A stretch of DNA of 64,000 nt, taken from NCBI RefSeq assembly GCF_021869535.1, contig NW_026262701.1:44516001-44580000 (forward strand), in the 5' to 3' direction. The DNA is from Mytilus californianus. Lineage: Eukaryota. A model generated the notes under the pieces. It ran no database searches, was not told the DNA's origin, and worked only from the letters and a program-made list of their open reading frames with translations. Below, in pieces: positions 33,945 through 48,040 of the stretch (its first letter is position 1; every line of letters begins with the position of its first letter). The position numbers were made by a program, and so were the translations under genes.

Positions 33945-35793
33945 TGGGGAGTTTGTCTCCCCAAAAATTGGTAATGTTGGCCGATCTGAGGAGGACAACG
34001 ACAAAGAGGTTGTAAAGTTGATTATTGCGATAACAATTGAGCTGCGTCCGATAGCAATCGTCCTTATGCAAATGAATATCAATACATCTGTTAACCAATT
34101 TTGGGTTTAAAAAAATTTCTACGGAAAGTATGTAACTTTTTAAAAATTGAGTTGTTATAAGAATCCTACAAAAAAAACCAAAATTGATCTTTTATTTCGT
34201 ATTTGAATGTACCGAAATTAGTCAAAGTCATATACATGTACATGTACATGTATACCTGAACTTGCATAAGGTCGATTTCTATCCGATGCAGCTCATTTAT
34301 AGAATTCTACCTTTGAAAAGAACTGTTCATATTAATAGGTGGATAATGAGGATTATTACTATAATAAAGATTTTTTGTTTGAAAAGAAATGCACAAACTT
34401 TAAGTGAAGAACACCCATGATTGTGTTACACAAATTTGTAATAAGAAACCAATGATTTATATAGAAGTTACTATATAAATCCTTGAAGAAACCAAAGAAA
34501 AAAATATATAAAAACACAAAATAAAAGTATCCATTTTATATTAAGAAAGATATGTTGAAGATAAAGAAATTGTACAAATGTTCCTATAATGAAACAAATC
34601 AATTGACACAGTATATGTTTGTTCACTGGATTAAAGGACTACTTCAGACAAAATGTAAATTGTCCAGTGATAAAAGTCTCATTTCACACCTATGCTTAAA
34701 GGGGTACCAGATAGATAAAAATATTACTTCATACTTGTGTTAAAAGGGTACCAGACAAAGAGTCTGCCTTTTCCTATCAGTGCTCAAAAGGGAACCAGTC
34801 ATACAAAAGTCTTTTTTCACACCTTTGCTGAAAAGAGTACCAGATTTTATGTTTGCCAAATTTTATTGCATGTATTTTTTTAAGCAGACCAATGTCCACT
34901 TTCAAGTAAATTGGAAACGAATACATAATTTTCAATCGAAGTGCATTTACCTTTTTCTACAGACAATAAAAGTTTTTCTGCAATGAGAACTTTAAAAAAG
35001 GTGTTATTTCCAATTTTGAGCAAATTGTATAACAACCAAAGTTTGATGCTTGAATGGACATATCAGCAGCATTAAAACACTAAGGTGACCTAGCTGTTCT
35101 AGCAGAGAGAGAATGAAAATAGCAGCAGCAAAGAAGGTAGCCTTTTGATACTATATAATGAAACTAATGAAACAAAACTTATTCAAAAGTGGGTGGTCTC
35201 TGTTATATTTATTCATAACTTGTTTCAACTTTGTTAATTAGGCTACTTGCAATATGGTTCAGACATGTGATTGTACATTGTTGAAGACTGTCTGTTGACA
35301 AACCAGATGTATTTTGTTTGTGTTGTTGGGGTGCTGTTTCGTTGATGTTTATATAACCCTCATCTCCTTTCATTCAAAATGCTTACTAAAAATTAATTTA
35401 TTCTTACTCATTTCCATGGAAATAGAATGGTATCACATGCATGATCTTAGTTATTTATCACCATGGAGAACGATGACAACAAAATAGTTCTTAGTGATCC
35501 TATCATGGTCATTAATATTGATGATTGTCAAATTGATATAAAAGTTGGAAAAAATGAAAAAGTGCACCTTAAATCAATTTATCATCTTTTGCAACATTTA
35601 TTGGTGAGATGCAACTTTCTGGTCAAATATTACAATAGATCAGATATTCAAAAGATTTAAGTACAACCCCCCCTTTTATACCCCCAAATATGGTCTCCTT
35701 TCAAAAAAAGAAGAAAAAAAATAGAGACAGAATATTCAAAGACAACAGAAATCATTACTTAAAAACATTTCCATAGAAACGAAGACTGATTAC

Positions 35794-35939
35794 CTGTTTT
35801 CCTGTACTTTTTTCTCGTCCTGCTTTTTCTGATCCATAAGATGCCGTGCTAAGCTAGCAATATTGAACTTTTTTATGGGATTAACTTTCACATGTCCAGG
35901 AGACTCAGGTCTACAGGTTTCACTCGAACTTACAGACAT
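35794..35939 (-). CDS. Candidate upstream or alternative first exon (MSVSSSETCRPESPGHVKVNPIKKFNIASLARHLMDQKKQDEKKVQEN-R)
   Basis: ATG preceded by an in-frame TAA, 48 open codons with protein-like composition, donor AG|GTAATC in phase 2, compatible with the 20814 acceptor. Confidence 0.6.
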
Positions 35940-38159
35940 AATTTAATATATTTTTCAAAACTTTATTTTCCAAAAATGGGATTTTTTTATTTCTATATAT
36001 AAATTTTTTTCTAACTATTAATGTCTTTAATTAATGTTATTGTTCCACATAGCAATATCATTTATTTTTCATCAGAAATCAATGATGTTAGAAATAAGAA
36101 CCATTTTTATTAATCCTCCGAGGAATGAATAAAATCCAAAGCATCTGTTGATCCTATTGATTGTCTTGTATGTCCAACATAAGATTCAGATCTAACAATT
36201 CATATCCAAGTAAAAACAGTTGTTGAATTAAAAAAAAATTCAGATATCAAACTTCTGAATTCTTGAGAATAACTGTTTAAGAGATGCCATGCATTGTTGA
36301 TGAAGCGATTTTTTACATTGAAAAATCTAAATTCTTCTATAATTGAGCCACAATTGCCTAATGGTCCATTGAAGTGACCCTAAATACTCACAATTTCAAT
36401 TTTTAATTTTTAAATCCTAGCCCATTAAAAATAAGAAATTAAATCGTCTAGTACACAAAAGTTTATAATCTCAAGCAAACAAATTGTAAAAACATATCTT
36501 ATAAAATATTAAGTTTCTTTTTAAAATCCAATATATGTCATGCAATGAGTCCTGCAATCTTCACAATGTTGCCTTTAAAACTTTTAAAACTTCAATAGGT
36601 TCAGCACTCATAGTGGTCTATCATTCAAACGTCTTGATTTAGCTAATAGGTATATACAATCCTATATAAATGGTTCATATAAGTCAACACATGAAGCCAT
36701 AGACAACATTCAAATTTACGATTTAAATTTTAAGATGACTTAAATGACTTTTTCGGCTGATATAAACATCTATCTTATATTGAATCAAGTTTATTAAATC
36801 CTAAAATCAAATAGTAACAGAGTGAAAATGTCAAAGTTTCACATCCAATTTTAAGTTATAGCTTCCAATTTGGCACACAATTTCAAAATTTACATTCAAA
36901 CGAAGAATACATAAAAGGTATCACTATAATATTTTCCTTGGGTGTCACCCTTCCTTTTAAGTTACTTTAGTTTTTCATCATCAAACAATATAAGAGCTTG
37001 TTGTATATCAAATCCAGAATTAACACGACACTTTTCATAGTCAAGAACTGCTCGAATTATAATATCAAGTCAAATTTTATTGGACTATTTATTCAATTTT
37101 TTAAAAAATCATATAAAAAAAAATTTAAAGTTTCATATGTATGTTGACAGGCGTTGAATTGTGAATATTTTATTTATTACGTCAACAAATCAGCATTATA
37201 AAATATTGATCCTAGATAAGAGGATATTTTCTGCTCAACAGAAAAGCCCAAAATAAAAAATAACTACCATATAGCATTGTCAAAATTCAAACAAGTCTAG
37301 AACCTAAGACATACAAGTACATATTATTTCCAATTATTAAACATTTGTTAAACAGTGTGGCAACAAGCAATTAAATTTGCAGACTTTGATAACATTATAA
37401 ATCTTAAATGTATAATAACATATTATTTTCACCTAACTGTCGATTTTTATAAAGACCTTTACAACTATATTATGTAAGAAAATATTATAATTGTCAATAT
37501 AAGTACAAATTATTCCAGCAATAGGCCTATATTTACCTATTATGATTCACTGATTTTTCTTTATATAGAAACATTTAATAATTTGTATTTCTATTACTTA
37601 TCTAAATTCTAAGGGGTGTAACTCTAAATCAAATATAAGCGCACCTCATCATTTCTAAGACAAACTTTAAATATTTGATTAAACATAGATCCAAATGTTT
37701 TTTACTCACTGGATGTAATTATTTTTTAGCATAACTGAAAATCACTTAAACTGCCAAGCAACATCATAATATACAGTAGCTCAGAGCATATAGATAAAAA
37801 AAAATACATTTATGAATAGTACAAAGATCTTATTAAAAACACTTCCAGTTTAATCTGGAGTTAGCTCCCTTTACCTTCATTCTTACAATTTTAAATACAA
37901 AATAAGAAAAAATGGTTAGAACATGTACTCATCTATTTCCATGATAAAAAAATACCAACAAAGTGCAAATTTAAGTTCTTTTTGAAGTTTTTACTTTAAT
38001 CCATTAATATACATAAACAGATTTCAAAAGAGACACCACAATTTATTCTATAAAGTACAAATATCGTTGAAACCCTCATATATACCACATACAGATTGAT
38101 ACTATAGTCCTTAAAGTACTGTCTGTATTGCTTAAGTGACCCCAGGTTACATGACTGCC

Positions 38160-38330
38160 TCTAGTGGAGATGGTTGAGGGCTTGACCCTTAGTCAATGTC
38201 AACCAGACAATATAAAATTGGTATTTGGTAATCTGCTATTAACCTGCAGTATTTAATTGAGTAAGAGCAAAAATAGTTTGGTCAAGAGCAAGAATAATTT
38301 GTGAGTGTGTGTGAAAGCTGACTCGAACTT
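38160..38330 (+). mobile_element. Degenerate SINE (Meta-domain-like)
   Basis: gtcaaccagacaatataaaattggtatttgg...gagtaagagcaaaaa...caagaataatttgt. Family name is from memory. Confidence 0.45.
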
Positions 38331-38348
38331 TATATGCAATACAAAATA

Positions 38349-38554
38349 CCGTAAATTCAGAAATTATTGCGATGTTTTTATTATTGCGAAAAATGCGACA
38401 GGGTTATAATCGCAATAATTTAAACTCGCATATTGAAATTTTTTATATGAATTAAACAGGATTTTTCTCAATATCGCAAAAATTAAAATCGCATTTTAGT
38501 CTAAAATGACAAAATCGCAATAATAAATGCACGCAATAATTTCTGAATTTACAG
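38349..38554. mobile_element. MITE with TA TSD (Tc1/mariner-like)
   Basis: TIR c(c/t)gtaaattcagaaattattgcg at both ends, TA flanks. Confidence 0.8.
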
Positions 38555-39238
38555 TAGTAAAAGTGCATAAGGGAAATTTGTTTGTGATCATCAACAGTAT
38601 GCAAGAAATAAATCGACCTAGGATGTTCAAACTTTACCATGTTTACCAGGCACTTGACAGCCATTACAGTTCTGCAAAAATGTAAGTCCTTCGGTTTATC
38701 TATATCATCAGAGATTAAAAAATGAAATTGGCGTGAACTTTTCCAATCAACTGACTGAATCCTTCTTTTAAACATCAAATCTTTCTTAATCAAATATTTC
38801 TAAAATTTCTGTACTATTTATAGGAAACTTTTTTGGCTCGATCTACAGTCAATTTAGAAATGTTTGTGTGCATCTATTATTGGGAATATTGAAGAATGAA
38901 CACAATTATGAGATCTAGATTTAAATCATTGAGATTTCAAGAAATGCTGCTATCAAAATTTAAAATGTGATTATTTTTGCAAAACTAATACTGAATCAAT
39001 TTAGTAAATAGTAAAAACATTGTAAACATTACTGAAAATCCAGTAATTGAAACCTTTTTATACCAATTAAGTGAAGTAAAAAATAGTGAGTGTACATCAA
39101 AGGTTACTATATTTAGAAAAGTTTACTGAAACCAAATAAATCAGGAAAATATGATTATAGAGATTTATTCTATTAGTAAATTGTTAAAAAGACACAGATC
39201 AACTGTTTTCTTGCAGATTTTCGTTTAGCAAAGCTTAA

Positions 39239-39562
39239 GGGAGCTACCATTTGATTTTTATGGTGGGGGGGGGGGGGGCTAGGATGAACAATTTTGTCCT
39301 TTTTATTTTTCACTCTATTCCGTCCTGCCTTTTTTTTTTAGTTGTAATCTTTGTCCTGCCTTTTTATTTTTCACGCTATCCCATCCTGCCTTTTTTTTTT
39401 TATTACAAATTATCTTGACTTTTTTTACACAAATTGTCATCCTGCCTTTTTTTTTTGCCAAGTTGCTCATCCTGCCTTTTTTTTTACTCAAAACTCCTGT
39501 CCTGCCTTTTTTTTCAAATTTCATCCTAGCCCCCCCCCCTTAAAAATCAAATGGTAGCTCCC
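39239..39562. mobile_element. PIF/Harbinger-type MITE (TAA TSD)
   Basis: TIR gggagctaccatttgattttta plus G/C-run and ctaggatga; TAA on both sides; internal tcctgcctttt repeats. Confidence 0.85.
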
Positions 39563-40501
39563 TAATGTCTCTGTTAAGTTATGCTTGTGACTACAAGTGC
39601 CAAAGAAATCAATAAGTTGTTCTACAATGTTATCAATGATTATGTGAATTCCATCACAGCATCTTTACTTCAAAGTGTATAGTTCAGTTTGCTAGATTTA
39701 TAGGTGGCGTGTAGTTTAGGTTGCTTAAGATGCTCAGTATCATTATCATCGGCATTTTTCTTTTTACCTTAAGGAGTTACAAAGATGTTACATTATAGTA
39801 TTAAGCAATCAGATCATGAACACTCAGGTAACAAAAGGTTGACTGAAAAAGCTTGATCAGTTTGTTTGAGGTCATAATTAAGAATTCATGATTCACCTAC
39901 ATTAGACAAGCATACAACCAAAGTATGATGATCTCGAAAAACAAGGAGAGATTGACTGTGACTTCTACATGTATTTCACTGGTCTATATTTAACCACCTA
40001 AATGTCTAAAATATGATGAGTGATTTAAGGAGACACTGATAGCAACATCAGAATATTTCAAAAGGAAAACTTTGAAAAATGAATTCCTTATTCAATGTCA
40101 ACAAGAAAAACAAGAAAAACAAATGTTCAGAAATTGTCAATGACGCAGCAACTGTGGTTACTCAAAAAGCAGACGATAAAAACATCTTAATTAAGAAGCT
40201 TAGTCTCTATGATCATATTGGTAAAAAAAAATCCATCAAATTCCTGTACAACAGCTTCGATTACACTCTAGATCTATTCAAGTCATTCTATTTTTAAATT
40301 AAAATATCAAATTCTAGATAAAGCATACCTTACACTTTAGATCAATTAAAACAATTCCGTAAGACGAAAAAAACTGCATAAAGCATTTTAAAAAAAAAAC
40401 GCTTGCAGAAGGTTTTACACTAAAAGAAAATTACCTTAAATCACTGTGACTTCTCACTCCCTCCATTATAGAAATTATTAATTTGATAAAAGATTTCTTA
40501 C

Positions 40502-40530
40502 CTTTTTACATACCAATTATCCCTCGCCAT
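40502..40530 (-). CDS. Weak candidate alternative first exon (MARDNWYVK-R)
   Basis: gaaATGG start, strong donor AAG|GTAAGA in phase 2. Short enough to arise by chance. Confidence 0.25.
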
Positions 40531-41034
40531 TTCATGATTATAAAGACATAATCAATGTTGACAAATACGACTCTAAGTTTAAGCCCAAGGATACACAGAT
40601 ATTAAGTTTTTCTTTCAGGTCGTCTTTGTCATTGACCACATAGACACTCAAAGATTAATAAGTCTTATTGAAATATGTTACATTGAACAAAAAAGGCCAA
40701 CTCTTTAAAGGTGTTTATAATATTTTTCAATACACATCTGTACCAGGTTATTAAAATAAGTCGTGACTTTGTCAAAATTTGAAGACTAAAAAATAAATAA
40801 TGATTTAAAGAATGATTATACCAAATCGGTCATTTACGAAATGTTCATAATTATAAAGTTGATAGGTTCACAGCATGCAATTTAAAGTATAATATAAAAC
40901 ACTTTGTTTGTTTCATTAATTTTTACAATTTTTAATTGACCTATTAGGAAGAGAAATCATCATCATGATTTGAGTGCTTAAAGGTAGATAACTCCTGGCA
41001 TGATATCTGTACAGTTCTGAAAGAGCAAATAAAG

Positions 41035-41215
41035 GAGGGTGTGGATGGGGGTTTACAGAACAAGAGAATAATGGGCAATAAATATAAAGAATAGAGAAAA
41101 ATGGACAAAAAAATACAGAAAAGAGTATAATGAGGTGCTAAAATATAAAGAATAGAGAAAAATGGCATAACAAATTAAAGAATACAAAAATGAAGGATCC
41201 TCAATCCAGACCCTC
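41035..41215. mobile_element. MITE family gagggtctggat...atccagaccctc; other copies near 28800, 44128-44345 and 51821-53101 (last one split by HINE A)
   Basis: Shared TIRs and A-rich interior gagaataatgggc. Confidence 0.7.
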
Positions 41216-42450
41216 ATAAAGAAACGAACACAACTGCTCCTATGTAACATTGACCAACTTGAACTGGAAAAGTTAATATCAACCATACAAATTTAATAAT
41301 GTAATGGCCCTTAATGCCATCATCAAATTCTGTCTGTCAGATATACTTAAGCCAGTACATCAATAAAACAGAATTTGTCCACTGAATCCTAAAAAGGGCA
41401 ACAGTGCAACATATCCATCAGTTAACATTAATGAGTTATAAATTTCATATATTTCTGCACTCTATCTAATCAGGGGCACATAATCTTTTTAATGTTATCA
41501 ATAAAATTCAAATAACTTAAGGAAGGTTTCCAGAAAAAAAAGCAATCAATTTCAAAATGATGTACAGAAAACAACATGATGAACTAATGAAATACAACAC
41601 ACTTCAAGAAATAACAACTGTGACAAAGGAACAGCCCTTCATTGCAGTACTTCATCTTGACAATATCTAAAAGTTGCTAAAGAGCCTATACAGCAAGTTG
41701 GAGATTGTCCCACAGTTTGAACATTATAATCTTTGATGTTCATTAAATTTAAAAAAATATAAAAAATTAAAATTTGATGAAAGTATATTTTAAATCAAAG
41801 TACAAAATTTTTAAAGTTCTGTGGAATCTTTTCGTGGATTTAGGAAATTATTCTATTTTCATGGATTATTAATTTTGTGATTTTTGACTAATCCTGCAAA
41901 CAAGCTAGTTAAGTCTATAAGAAAATAGCATTTTATTGAATTGAGAAACTTGTGGGTCACCTTTACCTACGAATTCCAAAAATATTAGTACTCCACGAAT
42001 AATAATGAATCTTTAGTAACTAGTTCATTGAACTCATAATAAGTCATTGTGACCCTGCCATTTTTCTCTGATGTTACATTCAACAATCATTAATCAATTA
42101 CAGGTTGAGTGAAATGGATCCCATGTTACATTTCATTTTCTCATGTTTCAATTTGAATGACAGTGTTCTCCACAGATCCTTATAGCACTATGTTAATTTA
42201 ATGATGTACTATAGTGCTATTTGAACAGATTTTAAAATAGAACATATAACAATTGTGGTGCCATAATTTAGGGAAAAAACAGTGCTATTCCAAATACCAG
42301 CTTGGGAGAACACTAGTTCCAATAGTTTTACATTTAAGACAGAAAGCTGGGAATAAACTGAACTCTTTTATCTCGATCTGCACGAGATAGTCTTTAGTAA
42401 ATTAAAATGTAATAATCTTTAGGTCAAAAGGTTCCATTTGAAATAGTTTC

Positions 42451-42641
42451 CACTGTAGGTTGAAATAAACCACAAGATCAAAGGATCAACAAATATTATT
42501 TGTGTGAGATGTAAATATATTTTTATTTATAGGTTTAATTTGAGAAAGTTTTCACTGTAGGCTGAAATAAACCACAAGATCAAAGGGTCAACTAATATTA
42601 TTTCTGTGATGTAAGAGTATTTTTATTTATAGGTTTAATTT
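42451..42641. repeat. About 104-bp tandem duplication, 2 copies
   Basis: cactgtagg(t/c)tgaaataaaccacaagatcaaagg occurs twice. Confidence 0.85.
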
Positions 42642-43587
42642 TCAATAGATGAAAGACTACAGATCAGGATTGAAGTCACCTGATTAAATAATATTTAAAC
42701 TTATTTTCTTCAAATTTCAATAACCTTTAGTAAAATTAAAATGTCAAAACTTTGACATGATTACCTTTATATTAAAATTTTCTTGCATGACAAAAATTCC
42801 TTTAAATACTCTCATTATACTGACTTATATTTAAGTATCAAAAGGATACATGTGATATATAGAGAACATCATATGGGTTTTTTCAATATCACACCCTTAG
42901 ATCTGCTGAAAGGATTTTATTGGTTGAGAGTCAGTAACGGTGTGTGATATTGAAAATACCATATCATATATACACTTATAATATACATGTACCTCAAGTA
43001 AAACAAACGTAGATATTTTTTTATGTGACATAAAACAGATTAAGGGTTTGATACATTTTTTTGTAAAGCCGTTCGCAACAGTGACTGATACATCAATGAT
43101 GTGATGTCATACAGATTAAAGGGGTTTGTTAAAACCTTTGCAACAGTTTCTGATTTATATCATCATGGCTCACTCTGATACAGCATGATTGCCATTGATT
43201 GTATTACTCATAAAATTTTCTGTACCCGTATATAATTAATATTCATATAATATATATACTTAAATACTTGAAACAGTATCTACATTTGATCATGTGGTTT
43301 ATTTGAACTTTGGTTTATAGTTGTCTCATTGGCAATCATACCTCATCTCCTTATTTTCATATTAATACTTTTTACATGTACTAACCAATAAACTAATATT
43401 CTATGCATGATGAGCTACAATCAAAGCAAGTATTTTAATCAGAAGGGTAATTCCCAATGGAAATATCATCACAAAGGGCACAATTCAGTGGATTATCAGT
43501 CTTTAACAAGAGTGAGTTTAAGTAGATTGGATTTATTTCATTAATCAACAACAACAGTGTGCATGCTGAAATGTCTAATATATGTCT

Positions 43588-43755
43588 TATCACTGAACTA
43601 GTATACATATTTGTTCAGGGGCCAGCTGAAGGATGCCTCCGGGTGCGGGAGTTTCTCGCTGCATTGAAGACCCATTGGTGGCCTTCGGCTGTTGTCTGAT
43701 CTATGGTCGGGTTGTTGTCTCTTTGACACATTCCCCATTTCCATTCTCAATTTTA
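43588..43755 (+). mobile_element. Solo 3'-end fragment matching the tail of the Penelope-like element
   Basis: Nearly identical to about 25300-25468 and ends at the same ctcaatttta. Confidence 0.85.
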
Positions 43756-44784
43756 CTTCCATAGAACCATGATTCACCATGAAAATGAGGTAACTGTGTG
43801 ATGAACCCTGCCTAATGGTCAAGTACACCTTTTCATCATTCATACACCAAATATAGCTGACCTATTGCTATTATAGTATTTGATAAACAGATATAACTAA
43901 ACACAACAAAACAAATCAGACAATTAGTGACACAAATTTACTTCCAATACTTGTAGACATACCGTATGAGGATAGGTACATTATAGAAGTGGTAATCTTA
44001 ATCAGCAGGCTAGCCAGAAAAGTATCTTTATAGAAAAGGCTGATTCCATTTCAATTTTTACCAATGTGAAGCAAGAACTTCAAGAAAACTGCAAACCTTA
44101 TTTAAGCCTAAAACGAACACCATAAATCAGGATCTGGATGGGGTTTACTGAGAAGAGAATAATGGGCAAAAAATAAAGAAAAAGAGAACAATGGTAATTT
44201 AAGAAAAGAATACAAAGTACTGAGGTGCTATAATATACTGTTTAGAAAATTATAGAAATTTATGGTCCAAAAAATTAAGGATAGAGAAAATTGGCATAAA
44301 AATAAAAAAGATACAGAAATAAAGACCCCAATTCTAGACCCCCCAAAAAAATGTATTAAAAAAGGTGACATGAAAGGAGCTTGAATACCATGAAGAATAG
44401 AATACTATTAAGAACTGTTGCATCAGCTGCCTTTTGTATTGGATTATGCTTGCTCAAACTAGATAAGAGTCCTACAATTCAATGATCAGGTAGCAATTTA
44501 TTGTAGGTCTTGAAAGAATTCAAAATATTATAAGTTTTCACTTGTTTTACATAGTTTTAATATAAATGTTTTCTCAAAATACAATGTTGAAGCTCCAGAA
44601 GGTAGCAAAATAAATTAAATTTCATGACTTAGTCACTAAATGAAATATTAAGCCAAAAAAATTGTAATTGACAGTTTGCTTCTATTGTCTATATGATACA
44701 TGAAAAAAATATATAATAATAAATAAATTTATTAATGTCAACAGTCTTTCTGTAATTTTAAGAAATTCATAAAAAGATACTTAC

Positions 44785-44864
44785 TTTGAAGAATTATAGA
44801 AGTTTAGCCATTTATGTTTAGCATGAACAGACTGCACAACACTTGAAAATCCCCCTGCTTCCAT
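44785..44864 (-). CDS. Candidate distal first exon (MEAGGFSSVVQSVHAKHKWLNFYNSS-K)
   Basis: Start context actATGG, in-frame upstream TAA, donor AA|GTAAGT in phase 2. Confidence 0.5.
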
Positions 44865-47279
44865 AGTTGAAATTTAACTCCCGAAAAATGTAACAAAGAA
44901 AAATGTAACAATATTCAATATCCGTCTAAAAAGCAATTTTCCATCACTAATTAGGAAATAGTTCCATTTAAAAAGTCAATTAATCCACAAAAATATTTAC
45001 AAATCATATACTTGTTTAAGATCAATATCTGAGTTTCTATCAGAAAACTGCTGATTCTATGACTGACTATTGACAATAGACCAATTAAATCTGTGCCTTG
45101 TATTTTAGTCATAAAAGTTGCTTTTACTATTGCTTAACATGCCATATTAGATGAAATAAAAATAAAGAGAAATAAAAATAGTTATAAATCAGTTTTTAAT
45201 AGAAAATAAAACCTTTCGAATAAAATTTGGTAAGATAAACATATAGAAAACTCTGACCGAGCAGACGGTAATAATTGAACAAGATTTCTATAGCACCCTT
45301 GGACAAATTCTTTCATGATAAACCAGAGTTGCCAAGCATCATTATTTTGTTTGACTTTATCATGTATATTTCATATGTAAAGCCATCATTTCTTTTATCA
45401 CAAAAGCAGCATGATTTAATTTTAATAATTCTAAATCTTATTAAAGTTATGTCCATCAAAGCGCAAGAAAACATCAATTTTAAGGTCTGATAAAAGATTG
45501 AAAGAAACACTTTCTTGGGTGTCAATCATATTTTGTTAATTTATCTGAATTAAATTTGTTATATTTCATAATCTTTTTTATCAGAGGCTAAAGATGAACA
45601 TCATTGCCTCTGTCACTAATAAAGCGTTAAGGACATTCACATTTATTTGAAAATAGATATTTAGGTTGCAAATATTACGTCATTAATGCATGTACTTTTC
45701 TGCTATTAAATATGTCCTATAGAGTTATATATTCTTCAAAATTTGTATGTCTCAAAGACAAACTAAGTATATATGTGCTTTTTCTGTTTTGTGCAATCCA
45801 AAATGTCCAACTGGGAGTTACAATTTGTCCTTCAGTATCCTGCCAATGAGAAGACATGATTAAGTTTGCATTTTTGTTCAATAAAAAAAGATCCTACAGG
45901 GAAAACGGTACTATTACATTTTCCCAGCATTAGGTTGGCCTTTTGTGTACCCAAGGCAGGTGAAGGAAGTCAACTTAGGAGCACTGTGATTGGATGTAAG
46001 GGTACAATATATTTTTTTATTTATCTATGAATAACTGCAGTGTGTATATTTACAATATAAATTTTGAAACCTATTGAAATATTTTCTAGAGAATTATTCG
46101 AAAAGACTTCCAAAATTTCATAAATTTGGTGTAAAATGACGGTGGGCATGGATAACATAAACAAGCTCCGTTGGAAATTGGTCATGATAATATTTGGCTT
46201 CAATTTTTAAAACAGAATAATAAAGTACTAACACCACACATAACTGTTTTATCCAGGTTTTTATTATAAAAAGTGGTAAATTTAGAAAATGTTAGTATTG
46301 TCGCCTATATATGGCAGAATAAATAGTACCATTTTCCCTATACTGAAGATGGCCAGGGAAATCAAAATTATTCAGACTTCAGTTATATTACACTATTTTG
46401 AAGCTTTTAATTAGTACATTTGATTTTTATCACAAAGAATAGAAATTTTTCACTGAGAACAATATTGTGTTGAGAAAAGTGCTGAGTCATCATAATAAGT
46501 CAAATTGATGGGTACTGATATAAAACTTTATTCTAGGATTTCGATATTAACTATATTGTATGAAATGCACCAAACTATAGTTCTTTTGTATTTGTTTTCA
46601 CCTTTCGCAATGATTAATTCAATTGGAAACACCAGAACTCAAGTCGCAACAAATATCTTTAACTGAAATATTTGACTTTTTTGTTGTGTAATTCCCTAAA
46701 TGTATCACTTGGGTATTTCTGTAGACAATCTATTCAAATGGTAATTTGTCTGGTTAAGTTTGTACTGTTTATGGAGTGAGGCAATATTTGGTCATACTAG
46801 AAGCATTTTCAGTGTTGAAATTGTCCATCTAAGAAAAAAAGAGGCCCACTTGAGGCTAAATTTAAATAGAATTTATACTCTCCTGTGTAAAGAATTGTTC
46901 ACATTCTTGGCTATTCAGGCAGCAAATATTTCAATAGTGCTTCATTTTGTAGTTTCTTTCTTTTATTATATCAGGCATATATAATTTTTCATTTTCTACT
47001 GTTTGAAAGGACTTTTGTTGGAAATTAATACTCCCAAGGGACATAATTCAGCTTTTTACCATAATACAGGCAACAAAGGCAACTTTACAGCTGAGTATTT
47101 CGCATATTTAATGCTTAAAGTGTCTTATATCTTTGTTTTCATCATCTCAAGACAGAATAATGAATTTTATAACAAGCTCTGAAATTTTGAACCACAATAT
47201 GGCATATACTAAAGCATGGAATGGAGATTAGTATGAAAAATCTTGAATTTGTGATTATGTTGTAAATTTTGGATAAAAT

Positions 47280-48040
47280 TAGGGATGTCAACTCGATGAA
47301 GATTTACTAATCGATTACTCGTTGGATTTACAGAGCGATACTCGAATACTCGATCGGTAAAATATTTACAAAATAGAAACACAAAATTATACCAATTTTA
47401 TGTATTGTGGGGTGTTGTGTTGGGATTGTAAAACCCTCAACATTATTACCTAGGACTGTTATACCATAATTAATAGCTCATTTGCATTTACTACATGTAC
47501 TTATTATGTAAACTGGTAATAATCTAATCAAGTAATAAATTAACATCTATACAAAACTTATTACTCAAACAACAGTATTTGGGAACCGTAAAAAAACACA
47601 TTTAATGATCAACAAAGGGGTGATGCTTAGAACTTACTGATGACATTAATCTTTTTCTGAGGGTCGATACAGGGTGCAACGAATTTGTTCTGATTTAAAG
47701 ATATTATCTTGTCAACTTTTTCTGGAACGTAGCGATTTCTTAAATTTGTCAGGTAATGATGAAAATATATGTTCCTGTTCATATATCCTACATGTACCTC
47801 TGTTTGGAGGAAATTTAAATGACAGTTAAATGCAAACATTCGAATCTTATTTAAATTTTTATTAATTTTGATTAATATATATATTCCCGGTAGGTGCTCT
47901 CAATAAAAATATTGTTTTGTTTAAACTTAAAAAGTAACAACATTCTAACAGGAAACCGATTAGTCGAGTATCATTTTGGTAATCGATACTCTGTACTACC
48001 GAGCGATACTTGAGTACTTGAGTACTCGTTGACATCCCTA
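47280..48040. mobile_element. hAT-type non-autonomous DNA transposon
   Basis: TIR tagggatgtcaac / gttgacatcccta; perfect 8-bp TSD GATAAAAT (47272-79 and 48041-48). Confidence 0.9.

Noticed and set aside
39315-39557. Lys-rich and Phe-rich ORFs on both strands
   Set aside because: Derived from T-run repeats inside a PIF MITE.
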